DNA of 59,801 bases, from the IMG/VR virus record IMGVR_UViG_3300046654_000013, positions 1 through 59,801 of that record. One strand, given 5' to 3'. Shown piece by piece: positions 40,117-49,980 of the stretch. Position 1 is the first letter of the stretch; the number at the start of each line of letters is the position of its first letter. The stretch is from a virus. Taxonomy: Duplodnaviria; Caudoviricetes. The notes below the pieces were generated by a model that worked only from the letters and a program-made list of their open reading frames with translations, made no database searches and was not told where the DNA came from. The translations under genes were made by a program, and so were the position numbers.

Positions 40117-41214
40117 ATGATAGACATTAATACTATGGCGCCTGCAAGCGGGCGTATGGTAGCAGAATCGGGTGAAGTTGTGAATTTAGTTGATTTATTA
40201 TCAGGAATTAGTGGTGCAGTAAAACCAACGAATTATATTTACGTTGGTAAAAATGGTAGTGACACGGCTGGCGACGGCAGTGCAAACTTGCCGTATTTAA
40301 CAATTAGTAAGGCTATTACGGTTGCAACAGCAGGCAATACAATATTTATATGGCCCGGGACGTACACAGAAAACTTAACGTTTAAGGTTGGTGTAAATAT
40401 CACATCGCCTGTACCTTACGGGGTTTACATTATTGGTAATCATACTGCAACAGGCACCGGAACAATAATTTGCGATAACATTGTGTTGCAAAATCCAGCT
40501 TCGGCTGCTTCGGGAACAACGCTTGCTGTTAGCGGTTCAACTGTAATAAACTTGCAGTTTTACGGAAGTTATATTAACAGTTTATCGACTTCTGGTGCAG
40601 GTGATGCAATTCAGTGGACAAACACAAATGCGTCAAGTAAATTACAAATTATTGACGGGAACGTTAGTGTTTTGCACTCAAATGCAGCAGCACGCTGTTT
40701 TTATGCAACGACTGGCGCGGCTGGTAGCATTATTGCTAATCGTGTGTCGTTTAAAATTGATGCACCGGATAACGTTGCATTAGCAATTGGCGGTGCAATG
40801 ACATTTACACATACACAAGACGCGGTTACTGGACAGATCGTAGTATCTGGTACAGCATCTTATGTTGGGTCACTTGTTATATTAACGACATCATCTGTTG
40901 CAGTATTTACAACATCATCAAGCAGCATATCAATGCTTTCAAGCGTTCCAATTGTAACAACTGCTTCTCCTGCACTAACGGGTGCTGGCGGGTTAGTATT
41001 TGTCGCTGTTATGTATATGTCGACTGGTGTCGGTGGCGCTTCGACGTTAAATGGCGGCATTGGCGCTTCACCGCTTACAATGGCTCCATTGCGTATTCGC
41101 GCATCTGCATTATTACCTGCGGCGGCGGTCGCCAGCGGAGCGCTAACAGGAGCATTTGAATTTGATGGAACTAATTTTTATAAAACAGTAGGAACAACAC
41201 GAAGTACATTTTAG
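40117..41214 (+). CDS. Pectin-lyase-like beta-helix protein, probably virion-associated
   Basis: YVGKNGSD..GDGS...PY.TISKA......G.TI.I.PGTY.E; G/A/S/T-rich. Confidence 0.65.
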   Translation: MIDINTMAPASGRMVAESGEVVNLVDLLSGISGAVKPTNYIYVGKNGSDTAGDGSANLPYLTISKAITVATAGNTIFIWPGTYTENLTFKVGVNITSPVPYGVYIIGNHTATGTGTIICDNIVLQNPASAASGTTLAVSGSTVINLQFYGSYINSLSTSGAGDAIQWTNTNASSKLQIIDGNVSVLHSNAAARCFYATTGAAGSIIANRVSFKIDAPDNVALAIGGAMTFTHTQDAVTGQIVVSGTASYVGSLVILTTSSVAVFTTSSSSISMLSSVPIVTTASPALTGAGGLVFVAVMYMSTGVGGASTLNGGIGASPLTMAPLRIRASALLPAAAVASGALTGAFEFDGTNFYKTVGTTRSTF

Positions 41215-41227
41215 AGGAGGAATTTAA

Positions 41228-41770
41228 ATGGCAGTAGATTTAAACGTAATAACAGGTGTTGGCAGTAGAGCCAGCACAGAAGGAACCGCTGCAACATTTG
41301 GCGTGTCTGGGGTAGCAAATACACCAGCAGCAACGCCGACCGACGTTGTTATTTTAAACGGATCAGCAACAAAAACAGTTAAGATTAAACGCGTAACAGT
41401 ATCAGGACAGGCAACGACTGCGGGAAGCATGAATGTATCGCTTGTTAAACGTACAGCGGTTAACACGGCAGGTACGTCAACAAGTGTAACAGCGGCACAG
41501 TTTGATAGCACAGACGTTGCAGCAACAGCAGTAGCGAAACTATATACGGTAAGCCCTACTTCTGTTGGCGCAGGCGTGGCATTATCCGCACAAGCACTTA
41601 ATTTTGGTGTAGCTGGCGCAGCAGGAACAGTCGTATTCGATTTTGCAAATCGCAATGACAAAGCAATTTATCTTCGTGGGGCGGCAGAAGGTCTGGCAAT
41701 CAATCTTAACGGAGCAGCAGTTCCGGCGGGCGGCACGTTTGGATTTACAATTGAGTTTGAGGAAATCTAA
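41228..41770 (+). CDS. Putative head decoration beta-sandwich protein
   Basis: A/T/G/V-rich; ends FTIEFEEI; located in the head module. Confidence 0.45.
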   Translation: MAVDLNVITGVGSRASTEGTAATFGVSGVANTPAATPTDVVILNGSATKTVKIKRVTVSGQATTAGSMNVSLVKRTAVNTAGTSTSVTAAQFDSTDVAATAVAKLYTVSPTSVGAGVALSAQALNFGVAGAAGTVVFDFANRNDKAIYLRGAAEGLAINLNGAAVPAGGTFGFTIEFEEI

Positions 41771-43051
41771 ATGTTATACTATGGCGATAAAATATCGCCC
41801 AACATGGTTAAAACTCCCGAAGGATATTTGATTTGCAAAAATGTACCGCTTGGACGCGTTGGCGAAATGCAGTATTTAGGCAGTGAGCTACCGTCTGAAT
41901 TTAAACTATCACCAACCGACATTGTTAAAGTAGATCGTAGCGCGAAGGAATTATTTTCCCCTGCGACTATCGCAAGTTTTGAAGGTAAGCCCACAACAAA
42001 CGACCATCCTACTAGTAATCTTACGGTTGATACCGCGTCAATGATAGGGCGCGGACACGTACAGAACGTCCACGCGGACGGCAAATACTTGGTAGGTGAT
42101 TTATATATTACTGACACAGGTCTAATAAATCAGATTGAAAATGGCGATAAGCGCGAAGTGTCCTGCGGATACGAAGCATCGTACACCATGAACAAGGACG
42201 GAACGATTGACCAGACTAATATTGTTGGCAATCATGTCGCTGTGGTTAATGCTGGTCGTGCAGGGCATTCAGTGGCAATTAAAGACTCAAAGCCAACAAC
42301 AGTTGAAAAGAAAAAAGGAGATAAAAAAATTATGAATATTTTAGATCATATTTTTGGTCTTGGAATCAAAAAATATGCAGAGGATGCGGCGCCGGAAGAA
42401 ATTACAAAAGCGGCAAAAGCAATGGACGAAATGAAAGAACCTATCAAGGAACCCGTCAAAGACGCAGACCCAGTGACGCCGCCAGCTGCAGCAGCACCGG
42501 ACGCAACTGCGGAGTTAACTGCTAAGATCGATAAGCTTGCTACAATCATTCAGACACTTGTTGAATCCGATAAACAGGTACATGAAGAAGCTGGCGCAAA
42601 AGAATCATTTGATGCGCTTGAAGGCGAACTTGGCAAAAAGGAAGATGAAGAAAAACTTTCTGACGAAGAAGAAGAATCACCGGAAACACAGGCTGCTGAA
42701 AAAGAAAAAGGTAAAGAAAAGCATGTATTTGCTGATGGCAACGAAGAACTTGAAGCTATGGCAGAAGACGCAGACCCTATCAAAAAGCTTGTAAAAGATA
42801 TGAAGCCTAAAATTATGGCAATCAAAGATAAACCAACGCGTGACGCAATCGCTAAACAGTTTGTGCAGTCAGTTCGTGATAGTCGCCCAGTTGGAAGAAA
42901 TCAGTATACGCAGATCATTAAAAACGCAAATGCAAGCCGTAAGGTAGCATTTGATTCGGCTCCAATGGCTGGCAGTAACTTGCGTAAAGCACCTGACGCT
43001 GCAGCAGCATGGGCAAACTATGGTAAGACATTATCGAAGGGGGATAAATAA
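41771..43051 (+). CDS. Prohead protease/scaffold (DUF2213)
   Basis: TPEGYLIC, FEGKP.TNDHP, REVSCGY, NHVAVV..GRAG; acidic scaffold-like C-terminus. Confidence 0.9.
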   Translation: MLYYGDKISPNMVKTPEGYLICKNVPLGRVGEMQYLGSELPSEFKLSPTDIVKVDRSAKELFSPATIASFEGKPTTNDHPTSNLTVDTASMIGRGHVQNVHADGKYLVGDLYITDTGLINQIENGDKREVSCGYEASYTMNKDGTIDQTNIVGNHVAVVNAGRAGHSVAIKDSKPTTVEKKKGDKKIMNILDHIFGLGIKKYAEDAAPEEITKAAKAMDEMKEPIKEPVKDADPVTPPAAAAPDATAELTAKIDKLATIIQTLVESDKQVHEEAGAKESFDALEGELGKKEDEEKLSDEEEESPETQAAEKEKGKEKHVFADGNEELEAMAEDADPIKKLVKDMKPKIMAIKDKPTRDAIAKQFVQSVRDSRPVGRNQYTQIIKNANASRKVAFDSAPMAGSNLRKAPDAAAAWANYGKTLSKGDK

Positions 43052-43052
43052 T

Positions 43053-43628
43053 ATGCCAGTATCAGTAATCGGAAGAAATCTAAATCTTGGGTATGCAGGT
43101 AAAGTTTCCCGTAACCCGTACAATAAAATCAATGCTCGTATGGTAAAATCAATTCTCGATGGTAACGGCGCTGAAACGCAGCCAATTATTCCGTTTGGCG
43201 CAGCTGTGCTTACAAATACCGATAATACGTATTCGAAGTTTGGAGCGTCCGGCAGTGGTGTGTCTGCGTCTACGATGGCCAACTTTGCAGGGATTGCAGT
43301 ATCCGAAGTTAAGCAGGGCATGACATACGGTTACGGCTCTAATACTACGACTGGTAGCTATGAAGCTGGTAGACCTTGCGACGTATTGCAAATGGGTACT
43401 ACTACAGTAATTATTCAGTCCGGTACGCCTGTAGCAAACGGTCAGCTTGGCATTGTTACAGTCGCAGGTACCGCGCTTGCTGTTGGTGATTTTACAGCCG
43501 AAGCAGCCGGCACAGCAACAGACGGCGCAACCGTAATTGCGGTAACTGGTGCCAAATTTACAAGCGGCAAAATTGATTCCGCAACAGGGATTGCCGAAGT
43601 TGTACTGTTAACGCAGTTAAATGCATAA
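43053..43628 (+). CDS. Capsid cement/decoration protein
   Basis: Lies between the protease and MCP; IPFG.AV, FAGIAV.EVK. Confidence 0.7.
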   Translation: MPVSVIGRNLNLGYAGKVSRNPYNKINARMVKSILDGNGAETQPIIPFGAAVLTNTDNTYSKFGASGSGVSASTMANFAGIAVSEVKQGMTYGYGSNTTTGSYEAGRPCDVLQMGTTTVIIQSGTPVANGQLGIVTVAGTALAVGDFTAEAAGTATDGATVIAVTGAKFTSGKIDSATGIAEVVLLTQLNA

Positions 43629-43642
43629 GGAGGATACGATAA

Positions 43643-44704
43643 ATGGGTAAAATTAATAAGTCACAGGTAATGGATGCTGTCGATGCTTTGAAATCACAGG
43701 GCATTGTAGTTCCTTCGTATAACGGTCAGACAATGGATGCCAGCGGCGGCGGTGGAACAGGCATGGCGTTCTTAATCGGCGAACTCGAAAAGCAAGACCC
43801 ACGTTTGCTTGAACCAATGACAAGCATTACAGCACCACGCGATATCGATATGATTCCAGGTGGTGGATGGGTTGATATTACATCGAATGTATTTGTACAC
43901 TATGCAACAACTGGCTCTGATGAAGACGCTATCGGTGCAGGTGAAACAAACAACATCCCGGTTGCAACGGCAAACATTAGTAAAGACGTGTTCAAGGTTC
44001 ATACGTTCATGGAGAACCTTAAAATTCCAATTTACGATGACTTGAAATTGCAGCAGATCGGTAAATCATTAAGTCAGATTCTTGACGATGGTTTGCGCTT
44101 AAACTTTAACAAACTGCTTGATCGTAACGTCTACGTCGGTATTTCTAAGACTGGCACATATGGTCTTGTAAATAACCCGCTTGTAACAGCTACAAACGCA
44201 GCGCTAAACAACGCTGGAACATCTCGCCTGTGGACGGGAAAAACTCCGCTTGAAATCATGGCTGACGTAAATACCGCAATCAACACGACTTGGGCGCAGA
44301 GCGAATACGATTTAGACGGTATGGCAAATCATATTCTTATCGACCCTGCAAACTTCGCGTACATTACAAATACGCCTGTTACAATTGCAGGAACACAGAG
44401 TATCTTGAATTACTTGCTTGAAAATAACATCGCAACTTCGCAGGGACGTAAGCTAGAAATATTCCCGTCAAGATGGTGCGGCGATAGCTCGGGCGCAACT
44501 AAACCGGGCGTTGGTGGTACTAATCGTATGGTAGCATACGTAAAACTTCCAAACCGTGTAGCAATCGATCTTCCTGTACCGCTTAGTCGTGTTATGCAGG
44601 GTCCAAATACTTCACAGGGTAGTTACGAAACATTGTACGCAGGTCAGTTCTCACAGACTAAGATTCTTGCTCCGACAGCTTGCGCGTACTATGATGGAAT
44701 TTAA
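43643..44704 (+). CDS. Major capsid protein (DUF2184/encapsulin-like)
   Basis: FL..ELEK.DP.L.EP, GLVNNP, W..KTP.EI.AD.N, GVGGTNRMVAY. Confidence 0.9.
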   Translation: MGKINKSQVMDAVDALKSQGIVVPSYNGQTMDASGGGGTGMAFLIGELEKQDPRLLEPMTSITAPRDIDMIPGGGWVDITSNVFVHYATTGSDEDAIGAGETNNIPVATANISKDVFKVHTFMENLKIPIYDDLKLQQIGKSLSQILDDGLRLNFNKLLDRNVYVGISKTGTYGLVNNPLVTATNAALNNAGTSRLWTGKTPLEIMADVNTAINTTWAQSEYDLDGMANHILIDPANFAYITNTPVTIAGTQSILNYLLENNIATSQGRKLEIFPSRWCGDSSGATKPGVGGTNRMVAYVKLPNRVAIDLPVPLSRVMQGPNTSQGSYETLYAGQFSQTKILAPTACAYYDGI

Positions 44705-44715
44705 ATAATAATTAT

Positions 44716-44740
44716 AAGGGCGGCTTAATTGCCGTCCTGA
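44716..44740 (+). terminator. Hairpin after the MCP gene
   Basis: AGGGCGGC-TTAATT-GCCGTCCT; same loop as the 5240 terminator; weak U-tract. Confidence 0.55.
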
Positions 44741-44759
44741 AATTTTAGGAGGAAAAATC

Positions 44760-45341
44760 TTGAACGTTAAGAAAGAAAAGCTTATTAAAATAATAGAAGG
44801 ATTGTTTGATGTTGATGATAAATCTGTAAAAAATGCACTTATTTCGGTTGTAAACAGAATGGATAATGTTGTAAGTGTAAATGATTCAGTATATCGATAT
44901 ATAAAAAACAAAAATGCTTTTGGTTGTGAGTTAAGCAACAAAGACAAAATAGTTGAGTTGTGGAATAATTATGGCGACAAAAGAAGCAAAATTGAAATGC
45001 CATTAATGAAAACAAATCCATCTGTTTATAGTGGCTATTTATTAAGTGAATGTCTTGACGAAAAAGATCCTACCTTAAATAATAAAATAATAAAATGGTC
45101 TGACGGTAATTATCCACAATATATTGAGTCAATTAGACTCAATTACAAAAATATTGGAATGGAAATACTCGAAAGAAAAATGAAATTAGATGATGACTGC
45201 TTGCAAAAAGAGAAATCTTATCAAGAATATTTAAGATGTAATTTACTAAGAGACTTAGTCAATTGCAAAGAAAATATTTTAGTATCTTTAAGAACTTACA
45301 ATATGTTAAGCGGTGTATTAAACAAGGAGGAAAATAAATGA
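44760..45341 (+). CDS. AT-rich hypothetical protein (moron-like)
   Basis: SD AGGAGG, TTG start; lower GC than flanking genes. Confidence 0.65.
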   Translation: MNVKKEKLIKIIEGLFDVDDKSVKNALISVVNRMDNVVSVNDSVYRYIKNKNAFGCELSNKDKIVELWNNYGDKRSKIEMPLMKTNPSVYSGYLLSECLDEKDPTLNNKIIKWSDGNYPQYIESIRLNYKNIGMEILERKMKLDDDCLQKEKSYQEYLRCNLLRDLVNCKENILVSLRTYNMLSGVLNKEENK

Positions 45342-45652
45342 TTAGTGTTCTTGCAGATAGATGTTTAGCGTTTGATAGAAATGAAAAAAATGCTCATGGT
45401 GTTTTACAGAAAGTACATGTTAGTGTAGGATTTAACGACGTGCCGGATTGGGTAGAAAAAACAGATTATTTTCAGGCAGCATTGAAAGACGGCATTGTTC
45501 ACATTGCAAATAAATATAACGATGAAGAAAAAGTCAAAGCAATGGAAGAAAATCAGAAGCTTAAAAATAGAATTAAAGAACTTGAAGAAGCTGCCGAAAA
45601 AAAGCAGACCGAAAACGAAGTAACGGCGAAAATCAATAAAGCAAGGAAGTGA
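45338..45652 (+). CDS. Putative head-associated protein
   Basis: VPDWV.KTDYF..A.KDG plus a charged tail; position after the MCP. Confidence 0.6.
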   Translation: MISVLADRCLAFDRNEKNAHGVLQKVHVSVGFNDVPDWVEKTDYFQAALKDGIVHIANKYNDEEKVKAMEENQKLKNRIKELEEAAEKKQTENEVTAKINKARK

Positions 45653-45661
45653 AATTAAGCT

Positions 45662-46417
45662 ATGAATTCATACTATGGTACGACCGACGATGCAATGAAT
45701 CAAAGTATTATCACAACAGCTTCGAATATTATCGACGGAACGAATCCGGCGTATGAATTAGCTGACTTCTACGCATCGTTTCCAGCTTATGCGCCAAGAA
45801 CGGCGAACGGAACGGCTATTATGACAGCCGTAATGGCTTCGGGTGGTACAAACTATAGCGTTGGTGATGTTTTAACCGTGACGGGCGGCACAGGCGGCGT
45901 GATAAGAATTGATACTGTAAACGTCAGCGGAGCAATATTAACTTACGAATTAATCGCTGGTGGTAGCGGATATACTGCAACAACATCTGCAACGACAACC
46001 GTTATTCCCGCAGGGGGCAGCGGAGCGACTTTTACAACGACCGTAAACACAGTAACAACAAATTTAGTTGATCCGCTTGTAATACAAATGTATATTGACT
46101 TAGCGACTGCGTGCGTAAAACAAAATCGTTACCACAAACACTGGAAATTATGTATGGGATGGTTTGTAGCGCATTTCGTGACGATGTATTTACAATCTGT
46201 CACAGACGCAAATAGCACTGCTGCGCAAGTTATTGCAGCAGGTAGAGCAAAGGGCTTACTTGTTAGCAAGAGCGTGGGCCCTGTTTCTGCGGGATATGAT
46301 TATAATTTAATTGGTCAAGACTTAGACGGGTGGGCTCAGTGGAAGCTTACGATATTTGGTCAACAGTTTGCGTCAATGGCTAAATTGGTCGGTAAAGGAG
46401 GAATGTACGTGTGGTAA
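45662..46417 (+). CDS. Head-tail adaptor (DUF4054-like) with an inserted domain
   Basis: F...FP, FVAHF, SKSVG.VS.GYD, W..T.FGQQF. Confidence 0.8.
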   Translation: MNSYYGTTDDAMNQSIITTASNIIDGTNPAYELADFYASFPAYAPRTANGTAIMTAVMASGGTNYSVGDVLTVTGGTGGVIRIDTVNVSGAILTYELIAGGSGYTATTSATTTVIPAGGSGATFTTTVNTVTTNLVDPLVIQMYIDLATACVKQNRYHKHWKLCMGWFVAHFVTMYLQSVTDANSTAAQVIAAGRAKGLLVSKSVGPVSAGYDYNLIGQDLDGWAQWKLTIFGQQFASMAKLVGKGGMYVW

Positions 46418-46890
46418 CATGCACAGCAAGTTATAAAGTCGGCATCGACAACACAAAAGCAATAACAGATCAGCTTAATAAACTAGCGTCACTGCACGTA
46501 TATGTAGGTGTGCCAGAGTCCGAAGCATCAAGACCGGGCGAACCGATTAATAATGCTGAACTTGCATATATACAATCCAATGGTTCACCGTTAAATAATA
46601 TTCCTGCTCGACCAATCTTAGAACCGGTTATCAAAAAAAATGAAAAAATGATTGGTAATAGATTTCAAGCGTTGGCTAAAAAATCATTAAGCGACCCGAC
46701 TGTTAACATTAACGATGAATTATCAAAAATTGGTATGATTGTTCGCGACAAAGTAAAAGATAATTTTACGAACCCAGACAATGGTTGGGCACCAAATGCA
46801 CCCGCAACAATCGCTGCTAAAGGTAGCGATAAGCCACTAATTGACACCGCTTCGCTTCGCAAGTCGATTGAGTATGTGGTGGCGCCATGA
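46411..46890 (+). CDS. Neck/tail-completion protein
   Basis: VYVGVP, NAELAYI, IPARP.L, PNAPATIAAKGSDKPLIDT. Confidence 0.8.
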   Translation: MVTCTASYKVGIDNTKAITDQLNKLASLHVYVGVPESEASRPGEPINNAELAYIQSNGSPLNNIPARPILEPVIKKNEKMIGNRFQALAKKSLSDPTVNINDELSKIGMIVRDKVKDNFTNPDNGWAPNAPATIAAKGSDKPLIDTASLRKSIEYVVAP

Positions 46891-47276
46891 TTGACGTATC
46901 AGATATTGTAATTGACACAGACTTCGCGCAATCGTACACCGTATATCGCAAAACTGGCGCGTGGGGCGTAGGCGGTAAATTTGTTACGAATGAAGTATCA
47001 TTGCCTTATTACGGCACAGTATACCCGGCAACAAACCACGAAATATTGCAGGTGCCGGAAGGCGATAGAACAAGTATTATGGTATGTTTTCTGTCAATGT
47101 CAAATAGTCCATTTTACTTGAGTCGCGAACTATCAGCGTCGGGGTTGGGTGACGGTAAAAGCGGTATATCAGACCAGATACTTTGGCAAAATGACCGCTA
47201 TAAAATCGTTAAAATATGGCCTTACTTGGACTTCGGATATTGGTTATGTATTGGCAACAGAATGAGTGGTGCTTAA
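46887..47276 (+). CDS. Head-closure protein
   Basis: Synteny; PEGDR and D.I.WQ..RYKI. Confidence 0.65.
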   Translation: MIDVSDIVIDTDFAQSYTVYRKTGAWGVGGKFVTNEVSLPYYGTVYPATNHEILQVPEGDRTSIMVCFLSMSNSPFYLSRELSASGLGDGKSGISDQILWQNDRYKIVKIWPYLDFGYWLCIGNRMSGA

Positions 47277-47277
47277 T

Positions 47278-47829
47278 ATGACGATAGAAGAACTTGAGTC
47301 TGCTTTTTGGACTATAACGATGGGTTTACTTGGCTATGATACTACAGATACCACGTTGTTAGGTAAAGTTCGTACAGATTGGCCTACACAAGGGCAACCG
47401 GGATTTAACGTTGACGAAGATATTGTATTTTTAAAAGTTGTTCCCGTTGATGACGCTTACAATCGCGTGCGAAGTATGACGCAGTTGCCTGTTGATTCAA
47501 CAGGCGTAATATTAAATCAAACGTACACGTATACGCAAGTTGTTAGCGTTGCGTGGATTTGCTATGGGCCAAATTCAAATACAAATGCACAAACAATACG
47601 TAATAAAATGTTTTATAGTACGGCAACGGATTTGCTTGATAGCTACAATTTATATTTAGTTACAGATACCGCAGAGCCACAGCGAATGCCGGAAGCATAC
47701 AATAATCTATGGTGGGAACGAACTGATTTAACCATGAAATTTAATAGTCTTGTTACAGATATTAATACCGTTGCGTCCGTTGCGACAGTACCAATTAATA
47801 TTAATGGCAACGATTATAATATCGAATAG
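47278..47829 (+). CDS. Tail terminator/neck protein
   Basis: Position before the sheath; YGPNS...A and WWER.DL...FN. Confidence 0.65.
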   Translation: MTIEELESAFWTITMGLLGYDTTDTTLLGKVRTDWPTQGQPGFNVDEDIVFLKVVPVDDAYNRVRSMTQLPVDSTGVILNQTYTYTQVVSVAWICYGPNSNTNAQTIRNKMFYSTATDLLDSYNLYLVTDTAEPQRMPEAYNNLWWERTDLTMKFNSLVTDINTVASVATVPININGNDYNIE

Positions 47830-47840
47830 GAGGTAATGTA

Positions 47841-49439
47841 ATGAGTTTAAATTTAGATCAAATTGTTGACGTAATCGTCAAAGTCACATCGACTGGGGCG
47901 ACAACATCAACATTTAATCAAGGTCTTATTATTGGTACATCGTCCATAATTCCGACGTTGGAACGAGCACGCGAATACACCGAAGCCAGTTCAATGCTGA
48001 CGGATGGATTCACCGTAGACAGTCCAGAATATAAAGCGGCGCTGATGTATTTTAACGCAGATTCACAGCCTAATGTATTGTGGGTTGGCAGACAGGATTT
48101 ATCTGCACTTGTAACGCTTGCGATTAATGCAGGTGGTACAGGATATAACGTAAACGACGTTTTAACAATTACACAGTCTGGCGCGTCGGGTGGCACGGCA
48201 ACGGTAACAGCAATCGATAATGGTTCGATTAGTGGGGTAGCGGTTGATGTTGCAGGTACAGGGTACGCGGTTGGTGACGTTCTTACAATTGTTCAGTCTG
48301 GTGCTACAGGCGGCACGCTGACAGTTACAAGCGTAAATGTTGCAACAGGAGTAACAGGCGTAAGCATTACAACAGCAGGTGCCGATTATAATACTGCAAC
48401 AGGACTTGCGACAACAGTATCGCCAACTGGCGCGACCGGATGCACAATTACGATTACAGCGATTGACGATGGTGCAGTTTCGGCTGTTAGTTTAACAACT
48501 GTTGGCACTGGATATACCGTTGGAACAGGTCTTGCAACTACAGTCGCACCGACTGGCGGTAGTTCTTGCACAATCAATGTTACAGCAATCGGCGAAACCG
48601 CGGTTGATGCAGTATCGAAATGTCGAGCGGCAAGTATGGCATGGTACGCATGTTACGTGTGCGGCGCGGCGCTTGCAGATCACGTTGCGATTGCGGCAAC
48701 GGTTGAATCGATGACACCGAACAGTCAGTATATTTACGATACGCACGACGCAGCGGCAGTAGCAGGTACAGCAGCATCGACAAATGTATTTTATGCACTT
48801 AACGCGGCGGCATATAAACGGTCAATGGGTATTTATTCAACGACAAACTACGCAGGTGCAGCGTTACTTGGCGAAGCCATGGGACTTACTACACTGCTTG
48901 AAAATTCCGCGTACACGATGAAGTTTAAAACGCTTACAGGTGTTACGGTTGAACCGATTACGCAAACACAGGTAACAAACATCGAAAAATATTATGGCAA
49001 TGTATACGTAAATTATGCAGCTGAATATAATATTTTTGAGCAAGGTTATGTTTCGAATGGATATTATTTCGATCAGATTTTGTTCCGTGATGTTTTGCAA
49101 AATTATATCCAGATTGAAGTTATGAATTTGCTTGTATCAAACAGCAAGATCGCGCTTACAGACGCAGGTGTTACAGCAATTATGAACGTTGTAAATACAC
49201 AGTGCTCTGCTCTGCAGTCAATTGGCTACATTGCACCTAGTGGAACGTGGGACGGTGTTGCAGTACTGAATCTTAAATACGGTGATACAATGGCAAATGG
49301 ATATTTAACACAGGCTAGAAAAGTTAGTACGCTGACGACTTCGCAAAGAATTGCCAGACAGTCACCACCGATCTACGTTGCACTGGTTGAAGCGTCTGCT
49401 ATTCATAGCGTGACGATTGCCGTATACGTACAATCATGA
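47841..49439 (+). CDS. Tail sheath protein (DUF3383-like) with inserted domains
   Basis: IV.V.V, SPEYKAA..YF, T.KFK.L.GV, KI..TDAGV, R..RQSPPI.V....AIH.V. Confidence 0.88.
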   Translation: MSLNLDQIVDVIVKVTSTGATTSTFNQGLIIGTSSIIPTLERAREYTEASSMLTDGFTVDSPEYKAALMYFNADSQPNVLWVGRQDLSALVTLAINAGGTGYNVNDVLTITQSGASGGTATVTAIDNGSISGVAVDVAGTGYAVGDVLTIVQSGATGGTLTVTSVNVATGVTGVSITTAGADYNTATGLATTVSPTGATGCTITITAIDDGAVSAVSLTTVGTGYTVGTGLATTVAPTGGSSCTINVTAIGETAVDAVSKCRAASMAWYACYVCGAALADHVAIAATVESMTPNSQYIYDTHDAAAVAGTAASTNVFYALNAAAYKRSMGIYSTTNYAGAALLGEAMGLTTLLENSAYTMKFKTLTGVTVEPITQTQVTNIEKYYGNVYVNYAAEYNIFEQGYVSNGYYFDQILFRDVLQNYIQIEVMNLLVSNSKIALTDAGVTAIMNVVNTQCSALQSIGYIAPSGTWDGVAVLNLKYGDTMANGYLTQARKVSTLTTSQRIARQSPPIYVALVEASAIHSVTIAVYVQS

Positions 49440-49969
49440 GTACGGTAATAGATTTTTTAGAAACTGCCATTGCGGGGAAAATAACAAGTTTATTATCCTC
49501 GTCTGGGGCGGCAACTTATTCGTTCAAAAACTTAAACGGTGTGTTTGCTCATACATCAGCAGGAACTTACACGTTCGGCGGTGCTGAAAATCGCGGCATA
49601 AACCAAATAACAGTGTCGTATTTAGCCGAAAATACCGTACAGGATATAAGTGTTGACGGCGGTATATTTGTTCTGCCAACGCCAATTTGGAACGGCATGG
49701 TAACAATTGATGTTATGCAAACATCGTTATTTAATCAGTTTTTGTTAAGTTGGTATAACACGATACGAACCGAAGCGACGCAGTCCACTCCCAGTTGGGA
49801 TAATTGGGCAAATGCATCGATGTTGCTTGTAAAAACAGATTCGTTGCTATCAACAACAACAACACATACAATTACAGGGATTAGCCCGCAAAAACGACCA
49901 GACGAAACATTTGCCGCGCAAGGCGGTAATGTTGTTTGGAACTTAATGGCGGCTAATATCACAAGCTAG
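49436..49969 (+). CDS. Tail tube-like protein, paralog 1
   Basis: YSFKN..G.F.H..., QTS.FN.FL, GISPQ..PD..FAAQGG.V.W. Confidence 0.7.
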   Translation: MSTVIDFLETAIAGKITSLLSSSGAATYSFKNLNGVFAHTSAGTYTFGGAENRGINQITVSYLAENTVQDISVDGGIFVLPTPIWNGMVTIDVMQTSLFNQFLLSWYNTIRTEATQSTPSWDNWANASMLLVKTDSLLSTTTTHTITGISPQKRPDETFAAQGGNVVWNLMAANITS

Positions 49970-49980
49970 GAGGTTATATA

